DNA of 64,000 nt from an uncultured Planctomycetia bacterium. GTDB lineage: Bacteria > Omnitrophota > Gorgyraeia > Gorgyraeales > Gorgyraeaceae. Both the position numbers and the translations under genes were made by a program. The notes under the pieces were generated by a model. That model was not told the DNA's origin, made no database searches, and was given only the letters and a program-made list of their open reading frames with translations. Positions 36,073 through 46,800 of the stretch are shown in pieces (positions within the stretch are counted from its first letter, which is position 1; each line of letters opens with the position of its first letter). The stretch is taken from assembly GCA_964415355.1 (NCBI GenBank), contig CAYPYS010000001.1:1361-65360 (forward strand), in the 5' to 3' direction.

Positions 36073-38796
36073 CTGTTCGCGTATTATCTTTTCGTCTATG
36101 GGCACGCTGGCAACCATGTTCTCTTCTTCGCCCAGGACACTAGCAGTCACGAATATCAATAAATTTCTGCGCTCTACATTATCCGTCTTTTTTCTGAATA
36201 ACCCGCCTACAAATGGAAGGTCGCCCAACACAGGAACCTTTGTCTTTATATTGGTATTTGTCTCCTTTATGAGTCCTCCCATTACAATCGTCTCTCCGCT
36301 ATCGATTATAACACTGGTACTTAAATTCCTTGTCTTAAACTGAGGTATAGAAACCTCTCCCGAATAAGAGAATGTACCAGAATCCTCGCTGACCTCCGGA
36401 GTCAACGCCAATGTTACAGTCTTCTTGTCTGCCCCCACGCTAGGCTTCACATGTAAAAGTATTCCAACGTCCCTGGTAACAAAATCCTGAGGGATATTCG
36501 CCCACTCTGTCTCGCCTGCGTCATCAAAATCTCCATCACCGTTTATGTCAAACTGCACCAGGCTGACCTCATACCTGGTAGGATAGATAAACTCATCTAT
36601 TACTTCTATCGTGGCTGTTTGATTATTTAATGTAGTTATCCTCGGAGCGGATAAAGTCTTTACATTTTGTTTTTCTTTTAAGGCATGCATTACAAACTGA
36701 AACTGCGGATGACTCAGTATCCCTTGATACGTCAGATTAAAACCTTCGGTTGCACGGGTGAAGCTCGAAAAATCCACGCCACTCCCCGAAGCAAACCCAT
36801 GTAAGTTCTGCTTTGAGTTATTTTGCTTAGCGCCCCAGTCGCTGTTTAATTTCCAATCGATGCCCAGCTCATCCACGTCCGTGACCTGCACCTCTAAAAA
36901 TCTCGCTTCAATCAATACCTGTACAGGCGTTACGTCAAGATTATAAAGCAGGTTTTCTACGATCTCTAAATTCGAGGGTATATTGCTTATGATAAGCGCG
37001 CCTGTCCTGTCATCGAGCGTCAACTTTGAATCCTTCGGCCAATCTACCGCGTTTTCAAGTATGTCCTTTACGGTACTGACCTCTGAAGACGAGTCGCCCT
37101 CTTCGCCGGAACTCCCTGAAAGTTCAGCAAATCTACCAATGCCTTGATTCATAAAATAAACCCTGGTCTCTACTTCTTCATTGTCCAGTTCTTCCTTAGT
37201 AGCTACCCATACAGCATCCTCTTCTATTCTGTAAACAAGGTCCTGGGATTTCAGTACATACCTCAGCGCCTCCTCAAGAGGCATGTCTTTTATCTTTATT
37301 GTAACCTTTTTCTCGGCCATATCGATATCGCTCGAAGGTATTATATTGACCCCTGTCGCCTCGGATAGAAAATTCAACACATAATCAAGTTCCACATCTT
37401 TAAAATCTACGCTTAACGGTATTTTTAATCTCTTCCTGATCTCCGGGACCTTTACCAGAGACACTATTTTTTTCTCTTTCTCTAAAATGCCGATCTTTTC
37501 ATCAGGTATAATATGCTTCTTGGCTATTTCCAAAAGCATCTTTGCTTCTACTATCTCGCGAGCCTTTTTAAAGGCCTCTTCCTCTTTTTTTATCTTCTGC
37601 TTATCTACATAATCCTTAACATCCTTAAACCTTCTGTTTTCCGGAAATTCGGCCATCGCTGTCCCGAGCATCTCTTCGGCATCCTCAAACTGCTCCTCCG
37701 CAACATGCACCCTTATGGCCTTCAGCAGCTCTTCTATTCTTGTAATCCTCTCTCTTAATTGCTGCTCCCTGAGCCTCTTTTCAAAAACTACCTTAAGCCT
37801 CTCCTTTTCCCTCTCTTTTTTAGCGCGCTCGGCCTCTTTTATCCTGTCTTCCCGCTCTTTCTCTATCTTTGCGCGCCGCGCCGCCTCCATCTTTGCCATG
37901 ACCGCCCGCTCTTCTTCCCTCTTTATCTCTTTTTGGGCGGATTCAATATAATATTCCGACCTGGAAACCAGGTCATTATCAGGGTCTAATTCCTTTACCT
38001 TTCTGAATTCTGCTATGGCCGTTGGATAATCTCTCATCTTATAATAACTCAGGGCCCTCTCGTATGCACTTTTTGTCTCCCGGGCCAATCTATGTTCTTG
38101 TTTCTTTCTTTCCTGCTCTATCGCCTTAAGGATCATCTCTTCTTCCTGCAATGCCCTCTTGCGAGCTTCTTCCCTCTTTATCTCTATATTCGCTTTTTGT
38201 ATATAAGATTCGGCCTCGGTTACAAAACGACTTTCTGGATCCAGATTTTTTATTTTTTTAAAATTCATTACCGCAAGAGCATATTTTTCATCAATATAAT
38301 ACTCGAGGGCCTTTTCATATGTATTTTCTATTTCCCGCGCGAGCTTTCTTTGTCCCTGCTCTATCGCCTTTAGCCTGTTTTCTTCCTCGACCAAAGCCCT
38401 CTCTTGCGCCTGTTGCTTTGCCAGCTCTTCTTCTTTAGCTATGCGCTCCGCCTCGCTTATTACGTCCTCCTCCATCCTCTGCCATCTCCTGTCCTCTAAT
38501 ACGCTCATCTCTTTTATTCTGGACCTGGACTTATCGATATATATCTCTGCGAAAGGCGTAAAATAAGACTCTCCCTGCGTCTTTTCCATCTCTATGATAT
38601 TCTCAAAAACAGAAATCGCCTCTTTATATCTTCCTGTCTCAAACAAGGACATCGCCTTTTCAAAATACTTCTTCAAATCCACTTTTGAAACCGAGATATT
38701 TTTGTTACTATATAGAGCGGTTTTGGCCAAGGCAAACGCCTGCCCGTTCGATAACAAAAGTGACAATATTAATATTATGCTTAAAATCTTTTTCAT
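36070..38796 (-). CDS. secretin (PilQ/GspD family) with ~600-aa N-terminal coiled-coil/TPR-like repeat extension
   Basis: The C-terminal 450 aa are paralogous to the adjacent secretin (PVLGDLPFVGGLFRKKTDNVERRNLLIFVTASVL). The N-terminal region has an internally repeated module (YEKALEYY...IKREEARKRALQEEE). Confidence 0.8.
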   Translation of the reverse strand: MKKILSIILILSLLLSNGQAFALAKTALYSNKNISVSKVDLKKYFEKAMSLFETGRYKEAISVFENIIEMEKTQGESYFTPFAEIYIDKSRSRIKEMSVLEDRRWQRMEEDVISEAERIAKEEELAKQQAQERALVEEENRLKAIEQGQRKLAREIENTYEKALEYYIDEKYALAVMNFKKIKNLDPESRFVTEAESYIQKANIEIKREEARKRALQEEEMILKAIEQERKKQEHRLARETKSAYERALSYYKMRDYPTAIAEFRKVKELDPDNDLVSRSEYYIESAQKEIKREEERAVMAKMEAARRAKIEKEREDRIKEAERAKKEREKERLKVVFEKRLREQQLRERITRIEELLKAIRVHVAEEQFEDAEEMLGTAMAEFPENRRFKDVKDYVDKQKIKKEEEAFKKAREIVEAKMLLEIAKKHIIPDEKIGILEKEKKIVSLVKVPEIRKRLKIPLSVDFKDVELDYVLNFLSEATGVNIIPSSDIDMAEKKVTIKIKDMPLEEALRYVLKSQDLVYRIEEDAVWVATKEELDNEEVETRVYFMNQGIGRFAELSGSSGEEGDSSSEVSTVKDILENAVDWPKDSKLTLDDRTGALIISNIPSNLEIVENLLYNLDVTPVQVLIEARFLEVQVTDVDELGIDWKLNSDWGAKQNNSKQNLHGFASGSGVDFSSFTRATEGFNLTYQGILSHPQFQFVMHALKEKQNVKTLSAPRITTLNNQTATIEVIDEFIYPTRYEVSLVQFDINGDGDFDDAGETEWANIPQDFVTRDVGILLHVKPSVGADKKTVTLALTPEVSEDSGTFSYSGEVSIPQFKTRNLSTSVIIDSGETIVMGGLIKETNTNIKTKVPVLGDLPFVGGLFRKKTDNVERRNLLIFVTASVLGEEENMVASVPIDEKIIREQ

Positions 38797-39323
38797 TCTC
38801 GTGCTCCGGGTTTTTCCTTCTTGGCTTTGAGGATTATTTCCTCTCCGCCTTTTTTCTGAAGCGCGACCTCTTTCTCGCTGATGCGTAAAACCTCGAAATC
38901 TCCAACCTTGCCGCCAGCCTCCGCAAAATAGCTTTTCCCCGTGCCCTGGTCTTCTATCACAACCATTATCTTCTCGCCCATCACTACCCTGCCTTTATAC
39001 TTCAGCACTGGTTCTTTCTTTTCTTCTTTCACAGCAATAGGCTCGACCACTACAATAGACTCACCCCTGACTCTAAAAAACGGGCTCCTCTTCAAAAGGG
39101 CTTTATAGCCGTCTGCTGCATCCTGCTCCTTAATAATACCGAAATCCCACTTATCTTTAAGCTGGGCCTTTTTCTTGGCCCTGCTCTTTTTCGTCGCAAG
39201 CTCTATCTCCTGCAGCAACTCCTGGGTTGCCTCCTTCTTTTTACCCTGCGAGAAAAACCCAAAAAGCAGCACCCCTATAAATACAGCGACAAGCGGCCAG
39301 AAAATAATCTTTTCTTTTATCAT
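38793..39323 (-). CDS. PilP-like pilus assembly lipoprotein (tentative)
   Basis: An N-terminal TM is followed by a C-terminal beta domain (YKGRVVMGEKIMVVIEDQGTGKSYFAEAGGKVGDFEVLRISEKEVAL). Confidence 0.4.
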   Translation of the reverse strand: MIKEKIIFWPLVAVFIGVLLFGFFSQGKKKEATQELLQEIELATKKSRAKKKAQLKDKWDFGIIKEQDAADGYKALLKRSPFFRVRGESIVVVEPIAVKEEKKEPVLKYKGRVVMGEKIMVVIEDQGTGKSYFAEAGGKVGDFEVLRISEKEVALQKKGGEEIILKAKKEKPGARE

Positions 39324-40084
39324 CCCTTTTCCGTCCTAGTCACCATGAATGTGCTCAAAACCAGGCTTACCTCTATATCGCTCTCTATTCCTTCAGAGCT
39401 TTTTAAATGTAGCTCTTTGACCGAGATCACAGGTGTTCTATTCTTAAGCTCCAGCAAAAGATTTACAAGCGATTCCGTATCCGTCTTCACTGAAAACTGC
39501 ACCGGCAATTCAGTGTAAAGCACCTCTTTGCTCAATGGCTCTATATAATCTATTGACCTCAACGGCTTTATCGCAGAAAATTCTATGTTCTCGCTCTCCA
39601 GTAATATGCCGACCGCGAGCTCCACTGTCTCCAGTTGCCTAAGAAGCGCCTCGACCATGCTATTTTTAGGGAGTCCGTCCCCAAAGCCTAGATTCTCAGG
39701 AAGCCCGACCTCTTTTGACGAAGCCTTTTCTGAAAATTTCTTCATCGACGCGTGCAGCCTCTCTATAAAATAAAGGCCTGCCTCGCTGCTCGAATCAGAA
39801 ATCCTGACCTTCGCAGGATCTACAAAATCTACGAGTTCCTGAAATTTATTATCCAGCTCCAATTTTTTTTCTTCGATCTTTTCAAAGCTATCCTTTGACG
39901 GCAGAGAACCTGTTCGCGCTATATATTTCTTTATCTCTACGGTTTTACGCTCAAGTTCGTCATCCAATATAGAGCTGCCTTCATTCATAAGCGGTCCTAA
40001 TACGAAAAGATACAGGGCCAATAATATGCCTATCACTATCGAGCCTTGTTTTAAAATAGCTTTTTCTTTCGCTGTTTTAAACAT
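39320..40084 (-). CDS. PilO-like pilus assembly protein (tentative)
   Basis: An N-terminal TM is followed by a coiled coil and a ferredoxin-like region. Position next to the PilM-N fusion supports the call. Confidence 0.4.
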   Translation of the reverse strand: MFKTAKEKAILKQGSIVIGILLALYLFVLGPLMNEGSSILDDELERKTVEIKKYIARTGSLPSKDSFEKIEEKKLELDNKFQELVDFVDPAKVRISDSSSEAGLYFIERLHASMKKFSEKASSKEVGLPENLGFGDGLPKNSMVEALLRQLETVELAVGILLESENIEFSAIKPLRSIDYIEPLSKEVLYTELPVQFSVKTDTESLVNLLLELKNRTPVISVKELHLKSSEGIESDIEVSLVLSTFMVTRTEKG

Positions 40085-40086
40085 CC

Positions 40087-41610
40087 CTAGCTCTCCGTCA
40101 CCACGTCCATGGTAATATTAAACTTTACTGTTTCCTCACCTGTCTTCTCGTCCACTTCCAGAGACGAGGATATCGGCTTTACATCTTCAAAGCTGGGAGA
40201 GGATTTCAGAGAAGATACAAATGAATTAACCGCCTGGTACGAAAGCGCCTTGCCTCCCAGGTCCAATCTGGCAAGTCCCCCTTTTTCCATGGAAACTATG
40301 CCCGATGCATCCGTAATCCAGACCTCTTCGGACAGTATCTCTGAAATAATACCAAGCACATCCAGCCAGATCGCCCTGGAGGAAGCCTGGTGATACAAGA
40401 TATCTATCTTTTCCATTAACACGTCTTCCTTGTCCTGCATCTTTTTTATCTTTGGTTCATAGGTCCTGTATACCTCAAGCATCTCGTCTACTTTATTCAT
40501 CTTGAGTCTCTTTACAGAATAATCCTGCCTCATAAATATAGAAAAACATATAAGCGTCAATGCCGCTACGGCAATAGAAAAACGGGAATATAATACCTTC
40601 TGACTATATGCATGTCTTTCGGAGATCATCTCTTTTAAAAAATTCACCTCTATCTTTAGATCTGTCATGCCCCTAAGCGCAAGCCCGATCGCAACGCCCA
40701 ACTGATTCTTAACCGTCTTCTTTGTCTCTAGATCCGAGAAGATTTCCTTTGAGATCCTTATCTTTCTAAACGGGTCCAGTATTTTAGCCTGGGTCTTGAA
40801 CTTGGACATAAGCTTTTGTTCCAATTCCTCGATCGCGCTGCCTCCGCCTGTCAAAAGCAACTCATCCAGTTTTTTTCCGCCTTGAGCATCCTCTCCGCTC
40901 TGCATAAAATAATATTCTATGGAACGTTCCACCTCTCCGATTATCTCTTCTATGCCCTGATCCTTTGACTCAGCAATCCTGTTCCCGGCTACAGGAAAAC
41001 TCCTGACCCATATATTATTCTTTTGAAAAATAACCAGGTTGGTAGTATTAGCGCCTATGTCCAATATAGCGCCCAGTTTTTCCCTGCTATAATCTTCATT
41101 GAATACCATGCAGTTATATAAACTTATAGGTTCGACATCTATTAAATCAGTAGAAAGCCTTATCGAATCCAACCTCGAGATTATATCCTCTATGATGTTT
41201 TTCTTGATGGCTACCACTACTGCCTTTTTTGTGCCTTTTTCTTCCCTGTCAAGCAATGACCAGTCCCAGGCCACTTCTGTCAGCGGAAAAGGTATCTGAT
41301 TCTGAGCTTCAAACTTCATAGTCTGCTTCAATTTATCTTCCTTGACCTGCAGGAGTTTTACGAATCTTATAAAGACAGATTGGCCCCCGACAGAGACATT
41401 TACGTGCTTCTCTTTGACATTGTTTTCGGATAACAGCTGAGATATTAGCTGAGTAATCGCCTTCTCCTTGTCAGCCTTTAAATTACTTGGTATCTCTTTG
41501 ACCCCGAATCTATTCAAGGTGATAGCATCTCCTGACCGGGCGAGTTCTGCAAATTTTATATAATGAGACCCTATATCCAATCCTATAGAGGTCTTCTTAA
41601 GCTTAGGCAT
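40087..41610 (-). CDS. PilM-PilN fusion protein (actin-like ATPase plus TM/coiled-coil PilN part)
   Basis: IGLDIGSHYIKFA is the PilM N-terminus. A C-terminal TM segment VAALTLICFSIF follows. Confidence 0.6.
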   Translation of the reverse strand: MPKLKKTSIGLDIGSHYIKFAELARSGDAITLNRFGVKEIPSNLKADKEKAITQLISQLLSENNVKEKHVNVSVGGQSVFIRFVKLLQVKEDKLKQTMKFEAQNQIPFPLTEVAWDWSLLDREEKGTKKAVVVAIKKNIIEDIISRLDSIRLSTDLIDVEPISLYNCMVFNEDYSREKLGAILDIGANTTNLVIFQKNNIWVRSFPVAGNRIAESKDQGIEEIIGEVERSIEYYFMQSGEDAQGGKKLDELLLTGGGSAIEELEQKLMSKFKTQAKILDPFRKIRISKEIFSDLETKKTVKNQLGVAIGLALRGMTDLKIEVNFLKEMISERHAYSQKVLYSRFSIAVAALTLICFSIFMRQDYSVKRLKMNKVDEMLEVYRTYEPKIKKMQDKEDVLMEKIDILYHQASSRAIWLDVLGIISEILSEEVWITDASGIVSMEKGGLARLDLGGKALSYQAVNSFVSSLKSSPSFEDVKPISSSLEVDEKTGEETVKFNITMDVVTES

Positions 41611-41828
41611 TATCTGTTCCTTCCGATTATATCTTTTAGCTTCCGTATTTCACTGGTAGTGTATTCCCGCCAGCCATTTACAGCATTGCGCTTGGGCTTC
41701 GGGAATACCTTTTTGTTCTCGTAGCGTATCAATGTCTGCTTGGATATCCCCAGAAACTCTGCGGCCTCTGTAGCGGAATAGAATTTTTCTCTCTTCATAA
41801 GCATCACCTCGCTCATTTGCATCTCCAT
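41610..41828 (-). CDS. small MerR/excisionase-type HTH DNA-binding protein
   Basis: YSATEAAEFLGISKQTLIRYENK is HTH-like. The gene overlaps the pilMN start by 1 nt. Confidence 0.55.
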   Translation of the reverse strand: MEMQMSEVMLMKREKFYSATEAAEFLGISKQTLIRYENKKVFPKPKRNAVNGWREYTTSEIRKLKDIIGRNR

Positions 41829-41912
41829 ACAATATTAGATATAATAACTTGATATACCCTGATAGCGCGTGATACAACTATATACTATCAAGTAGAATTT
41901 GTCAAGAGAGGG

Positions 41913-41951
41913 ACTAACTTTACATTTCAACAATGTTAAAGTGTAAACTTA
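41913..41951. repeat. 39-bp repeat, copy 24 (A)
   Basis: It lies between the 607-aa secreted protein gene and the HTH gene. Confidence 0.9.
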
Positions 41952-41961
41952 CGCGGGTGGG

Positions 41962-43785
41962 TTATTCTTCTTTCCAGAATCTGAAGGGCTTTTTCTTTAA
42001 TTTCTCTGGAATAATAAAGCTCTTTTTGCCTATGGTCCAGGTCCTCTCTGCCGGCACAGGGTCTATTTCGTCTTCGTCGATCTCTTCGTTGTTATTAACG
42101 TCCTTGGCAGCCTGTACCTTGAAATAATGATTGCCCTGGGCCAGATCTTCTTTGCGAATAGAGTCTTCTGCCGACCATTCTGACCATTCTTCATTGTCAA
42201 ACTTATACCTGAATATGCAATCAGACGCTGTAGCCTTAAAAGTAAATAACGCGCTTGTGGCCTTTGTGACCGCGCTCGGCCCGCTGGTAATTATAGTATC
42301 AGGGGCAGTTATAATAAGCTCTATAGTATCACTGAATATCTCTGATTCGTTGCCAGCAGTATCCTTGAATTTCACATAGACCTTGCGCGTGCCGCTTATG
42401 GCAGGCAATGCCCAATTATCCTTGTTCGCGGCAAAGGTTTCCCATGCCTCTGTATCAAAAACGCCATCATTGGAAATAGACATGCTCTGGACTTCTGTTA
42501 TGGAATCGCTGGCACTCAAAATAAGATCCACGTAGATTGAATTTGTCAATGCGTCCTGATTATTAATAATAATAGTGCCTGTGGGCGGCCTTGTATCAAC
42601 CGTAAAACTCCAGACCAGAGGCGAAGTGGCGTTTCCAACAAAGTCGCTGACTTCCAGGGATACTACATTGTCTCCTTCGCTCAAAGGAATGGACGGTATA
42701 TATACAACGCTCTGAGCCCCTTCGTCATAAGTTGCTGCTGCAGAAGATTTGTTTACTGTCATATCTATGGCATCCGGGTTAATGCCGCTATACTCATCTG
42801 AAGCATCGATCGAAATAGTAGGAGTATCCGTAGATATAATAATGCCATTTGTAGGCGTATACGAACCTACTGAAGGCGCAGTCCTATCTACCCAAATCTC
42901 AAAGGAAGCTACCTCTGTCCAATTTTTGGCCGTATTCTGACCCTTTAGGTTAAACACCCTTATGCCATCTGATAAAAGATCGCCCGGCGTCTGGTACGAG
43001 AAGCCCGTAGTATCGATCTCATCATCTGGTATGCTGCCCCAAGAAAAACTATAGCCAACCAAGTCTGCCCCGGTCACTGGATATTCCCAATACATATAAG
43101 GATTCCCGCAATCCTGCCATAACTTCGCGGGCACATCGTCGCCCACGGCAGAGACCCTTGCCCAGATTATAGGTGTTTCTATATCTGCAGCGGTAAGCCT
43201 GAATCCAGACGTAGCTACCTGCCAACCAGAATAATCAAAACCATCGCTGGTCCTGACGCGCCACCTGTAGCTCACCCCGGCCTCATCAGTAGGAAGTATA
43301 GGCGTTGTGTAACTGGTGTCGCTCGAAGAGATCAACCCGGAGTCAATCACAGTCGTAACAAAATTATCCTTTGAGACCTGGACCTGATAATAGCGCTGGG
43401 TGTCATCGTCTTTATCGCTGTAATTCCATTCGAGGCTGGGCGTGTCATCTACGGTCAACTCGCCATCATTAAAAGAAGCGATCGCGACTTCGGGAATAGT
43501 ATTATAGGTAGGCAGGCCTCCGCCGTATATCTTGTAATTTGTCCCTGTAGCAACAGCTGTCGCCACAGGAGAACCCATGCTGTTCTCGGAATTATAACTG
43601 GTGGAAGCAGTGCTAGTGCCTCCGCCGTCTGCTATTGTCGTCTGGAGTTTATAATTATCACTGCTCGAAACCGCTGCCAAGGATACGCTGCAGCAAATAA
43701 AAAAGACCGCTATAAAAAATACAGCGGCCTTAAATACAGAGATATCACTCCTGCATCTCATCATAATATATATTATAATACTCAA
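41962..43785 (-). CDS. secreted hypothetical protein (signal peptide; Ser/Thr-rich N-region)
   Basis: 607 aa with an N-terminal hydrophobic leader. I recognise no family. Confidence 0.4.
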   Translation of the reverse strand: MSIIIYIMMRCRSDISVFKAAVFFIAVFFICCSVSLAAVSSSDNYKLQTTIADGGGTSTASTSYNSENSMGSPVATAVATGTNYKIYGGGLPTYNTIPEVAIASFNDGELTVDDTPSLEWNYSDKDDDTQRYYQVQVSKDNFVTTVIDSGLISSSDTSYTTPILPTDEAGVSYRWRVRTSDGFDYSGWQVATSGFRLTAADIETPIIWARVSAVGDDVPAKLWQDCGNPYMYWEYPVTGADLVGYSFSWGSIPDDEIDTTGFSYQTPGDLLSDGIRVFNLKGQNTAKNWTEVASFEIWVDRTAPSVGSYTPTNGIIISTDTPTISIDASDEYSGINPDAIDMTVNKSSAAATYDEGAQSVVYIPSIPLSEGDNVVSLEVSDFVGNATSPLVWSFTVDTRPPTGTIIINNQDALTNSIYVDLILSASDSITEVQSMSISNDGVFDTEAWETFAANKDNWALPAISGTRKVYVKFKDTAGNESEIFSDTIELIITAPDTIITSGPSAVTKATSALFTFKATASDCIFRYKFDNEEWSEWSAEDSIRKEDLAQGNHYFKVQAAKDVNNNEEIDEDEIDPVPAERTWTIGKKSFIIPEKLKKKPFRFWKEE

Positions 43786-43802
43786 ACCCAGGAAATCAAG
43801 CG

Positions 43803-43841
43803 CTAACTTTACATTTTAACGTTGTTGAAATGTAAAGTTAG
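43803..43841. repeat. 39-bp repeat, copy 25 (B)
   Basis: It lies between the giant GspK-like gene and the 607-aa protein gene. Confidence 0.9.
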
Positions 43842-46800
43842 CGCTCGAAAACAACCCAGATCTTCTTTTCAGAAAGCACCCTGTCTTCGTCCAGTGTCTG
43901 GGCAGTTACAATTATCCTATATACATCTGAATGAACAGTGACCAGGTTTGAGATCTGTCTGAATCTATCTCTCTTATCCTCGTCTTCTCTACCCAAGGCG
44001 TCTGTAGAAATCAGGTCGCCTATACCAAGACGAAGACCATTATTGTCGCCAAATATTCTATTTGCAACTATGTCATCTGCGATGCCCTCGTCTATCCCCG
44101 GGAGCGCACTGAGCACTTTTTTAGAAGCTGTGTTGATGTTTATCTTGCCGTCGATAGTATTTACCGGGTCAAGCCTTATAAAATCAAAATGCGCTCCTCC
44201 TGTCTTTGAAACATTTTTTATCTTCAGCTCAAGCTCATTGCTCGGCGTGGAGACTTCGCTATCTGTTCCTATCTCTATATTCCCAAAAAGCACGCTTCCG
44301 CCTGGCCCAGGACTAAGCGGAGGCGTAAACGCAGTCCACGTATCGTCAGCAAGATGTAACGACACTGCGATCTCTTCTTCCTCTTCTCCAAATATCCTTA
44401 ATGTATAATACCCGTTTCTAATTCCGTCTTTTTCTTCCCATCGCCATACGCCAACCGAATCTCCTTCTCCTTCCTCCTCCTCATCGTCTTCTTCGCTTTC
44501 GGCAGCCTCACCATTCTCAAAATGATCAGTCAAAGGTGATGCCCTCTGAACCATTTTCCATGCACCTTCAGAACCAGGCACGATATGGTCCTCTGCCTCA
44601 AGTCTTATGCCAAAAACCGTCAATCTATCGGCTATCTTGGATACATCCTCTAAAGGCACGGCATCCCACTCTTTAAGGCCGGATGAAACAAAACCTATCT
44701 CGCCAACTGATGAAAAATTCTTATTCTTTACAACTACCTCTGTGATGTCGTGCTCTATTATCTCTTTTTCAATCTGGCCTTCCACCTCTATCTCTTCTAT
44801 CATCCCTTCATTATCATTTGGCAAACCAGGAGTTGCGCCATCTTCTGCGTCTGATGTATACCAACCTTCGGGGATACCATTTAGATTTGAATCAACTACA
44901 TAGCTGGGATCTGACCGCTCCAGACTTTTATTCGCAGGGATCCCACCGCTAAAATATTCCGCTGCGTCAACAATGTGGCCCATTGGATCTTTTAGAGTTA
45001 TGATATTTCCGTCAGGGTGCGGCTCGTTAGAGAGTAAATCAGAGCCCGGCACAACTGCTTTTACAAAATGAAGCTCGGCTGATTTTTCCTGTCCCCATAT
45101 AGACACAAACGATATATCGTTTCCCTGGATGCCGTCCTGCGAATCATCTCTATCAACGCAGAGCACAAGGTGCTCGTCCGGGCCAATGACCGTGCCGAGC
45201 GGAATAGACGCTGGCCAGCCCTGCTTGCTCGGGCCCTCGACGCTCCAGCCGCCAAGATTCACCTCGTTGGATGTGAGATTTACGAGCTCGATGTATTCAG
45301 CGTCTGGCTCCTGTGTCAATTCTATTGACTGAAAATAAGCGGACCCTGAATTCAGATTATTTTGCACTCTCACCGTGATCTTTTCATTAGAGACAGTAAT
45401 AGTCTTGCCGCCTCCGAACAATTCTCCGTCCAACATGTCTCTTGAGCGAGCGCCTCCTATCTCTACATCCCCCACCTCTTGACCCTGCATGCCAAACACC
45501 TTTACATAATATTGGCCGTTCGGCACACCCTGCCAGGTCCAATCCCCTTCGCCGGTCTTGCCGCCATTAGGTTCATCATTCTGAAAATAACTGCCCTGCC
45601 AGGTCCAATCCCCTCCGGGATCCTGTCCGTTAAAACTAGCCAATGAAGTGCTGGGCCTTGCCATTATTTCATTGATCCTTATACCCTCCACGCCCCGGAC
45701 CTCGACAGCACTAAAGCCTTCCTGTCCTAACCTGGGATATAATTCCAGATAGGAAAAATAACAGACTTCGTCTTCCTCTTTATTTTCCACTGTCAATTCG
45801 AGCATGTCCCTCTCTTCAAAAGAAACAGTGCCTATCCTTAATATCTCGCCGTGCCTCACTGAACCCTGACTCACACCATTAATGGCAACATCCCCTACGT
45901 ATTCACCCGCGACGCCGAACACGCCGATATAAAATTCCCCCTCGGGTAAATTCAACCACGTGATTACCAAAGGCTCGCTATCTTCGACATCGCTTTCATA
46001 GTGTCCGCCCCTCCAAACCCAATCACCTATGGGGCCTCTGTTCACAGCGCTCAGCCTATTGTATAGCTTCGACACCACGCTCTGACTGAAATCTTCGTCG
46101 CATGCATCTATTATGTTCACTGCTTTTTGAAACGGGTCACTTGCGCCTGCGTCTTCGAGGAGAACTAAAAGCGTAGCAGCGTCCATAAAATTTATGTTTT
46201 CCCTGAGCCTTCCTTCTACGTCTAAATTTTTATCCGGAGAGTACGAGGTAATATAAGGGTATATCTTTGTAAAATCACTTTCTTTTATGGATTGGATTTT
46301 GGCTAGTTCAAAAGGTGTTTCGAACGCATTGTCATCCGCGTACGGAGAAGATGGGACAAATTCCATTGGCTCGTCAATGCCTTCGCCCGCCTCGTCTATT
46401 ATGCCGTCCGCATTGTTGTCTATGCCGTCCGCGGCCAGGATCCTTTGGTTATCATTGTCATCCACCCCCATCTCTCCAGGCTCGCCGTCCAGGCCCAACC
46501 TGTGATCCAATATATCTTCGTATGTTTTCTGGGAATCACTCAACTCAAAAGAGGCGAGGAACGATTGGAGATCGAGTTCGTGCGGTGTCCAGCCTTCTGT
46601 AACCTTCAGTGGAGAGATATTTTGTTTGTCAGCGATGTTTATGTTTAGAAAACCTGACTCGTCCCTGACTAAAACAGCGTAACGACCGATAGGCTCATTC
46701 AGATCATCGTAAACATATATCCATTTTGAATCAAGCTCGCCGTCGCCGTCATTGTCGACATCAAAGCCCTCGAAAAGCGTAGCCCATGCGTCTTGGAAGC

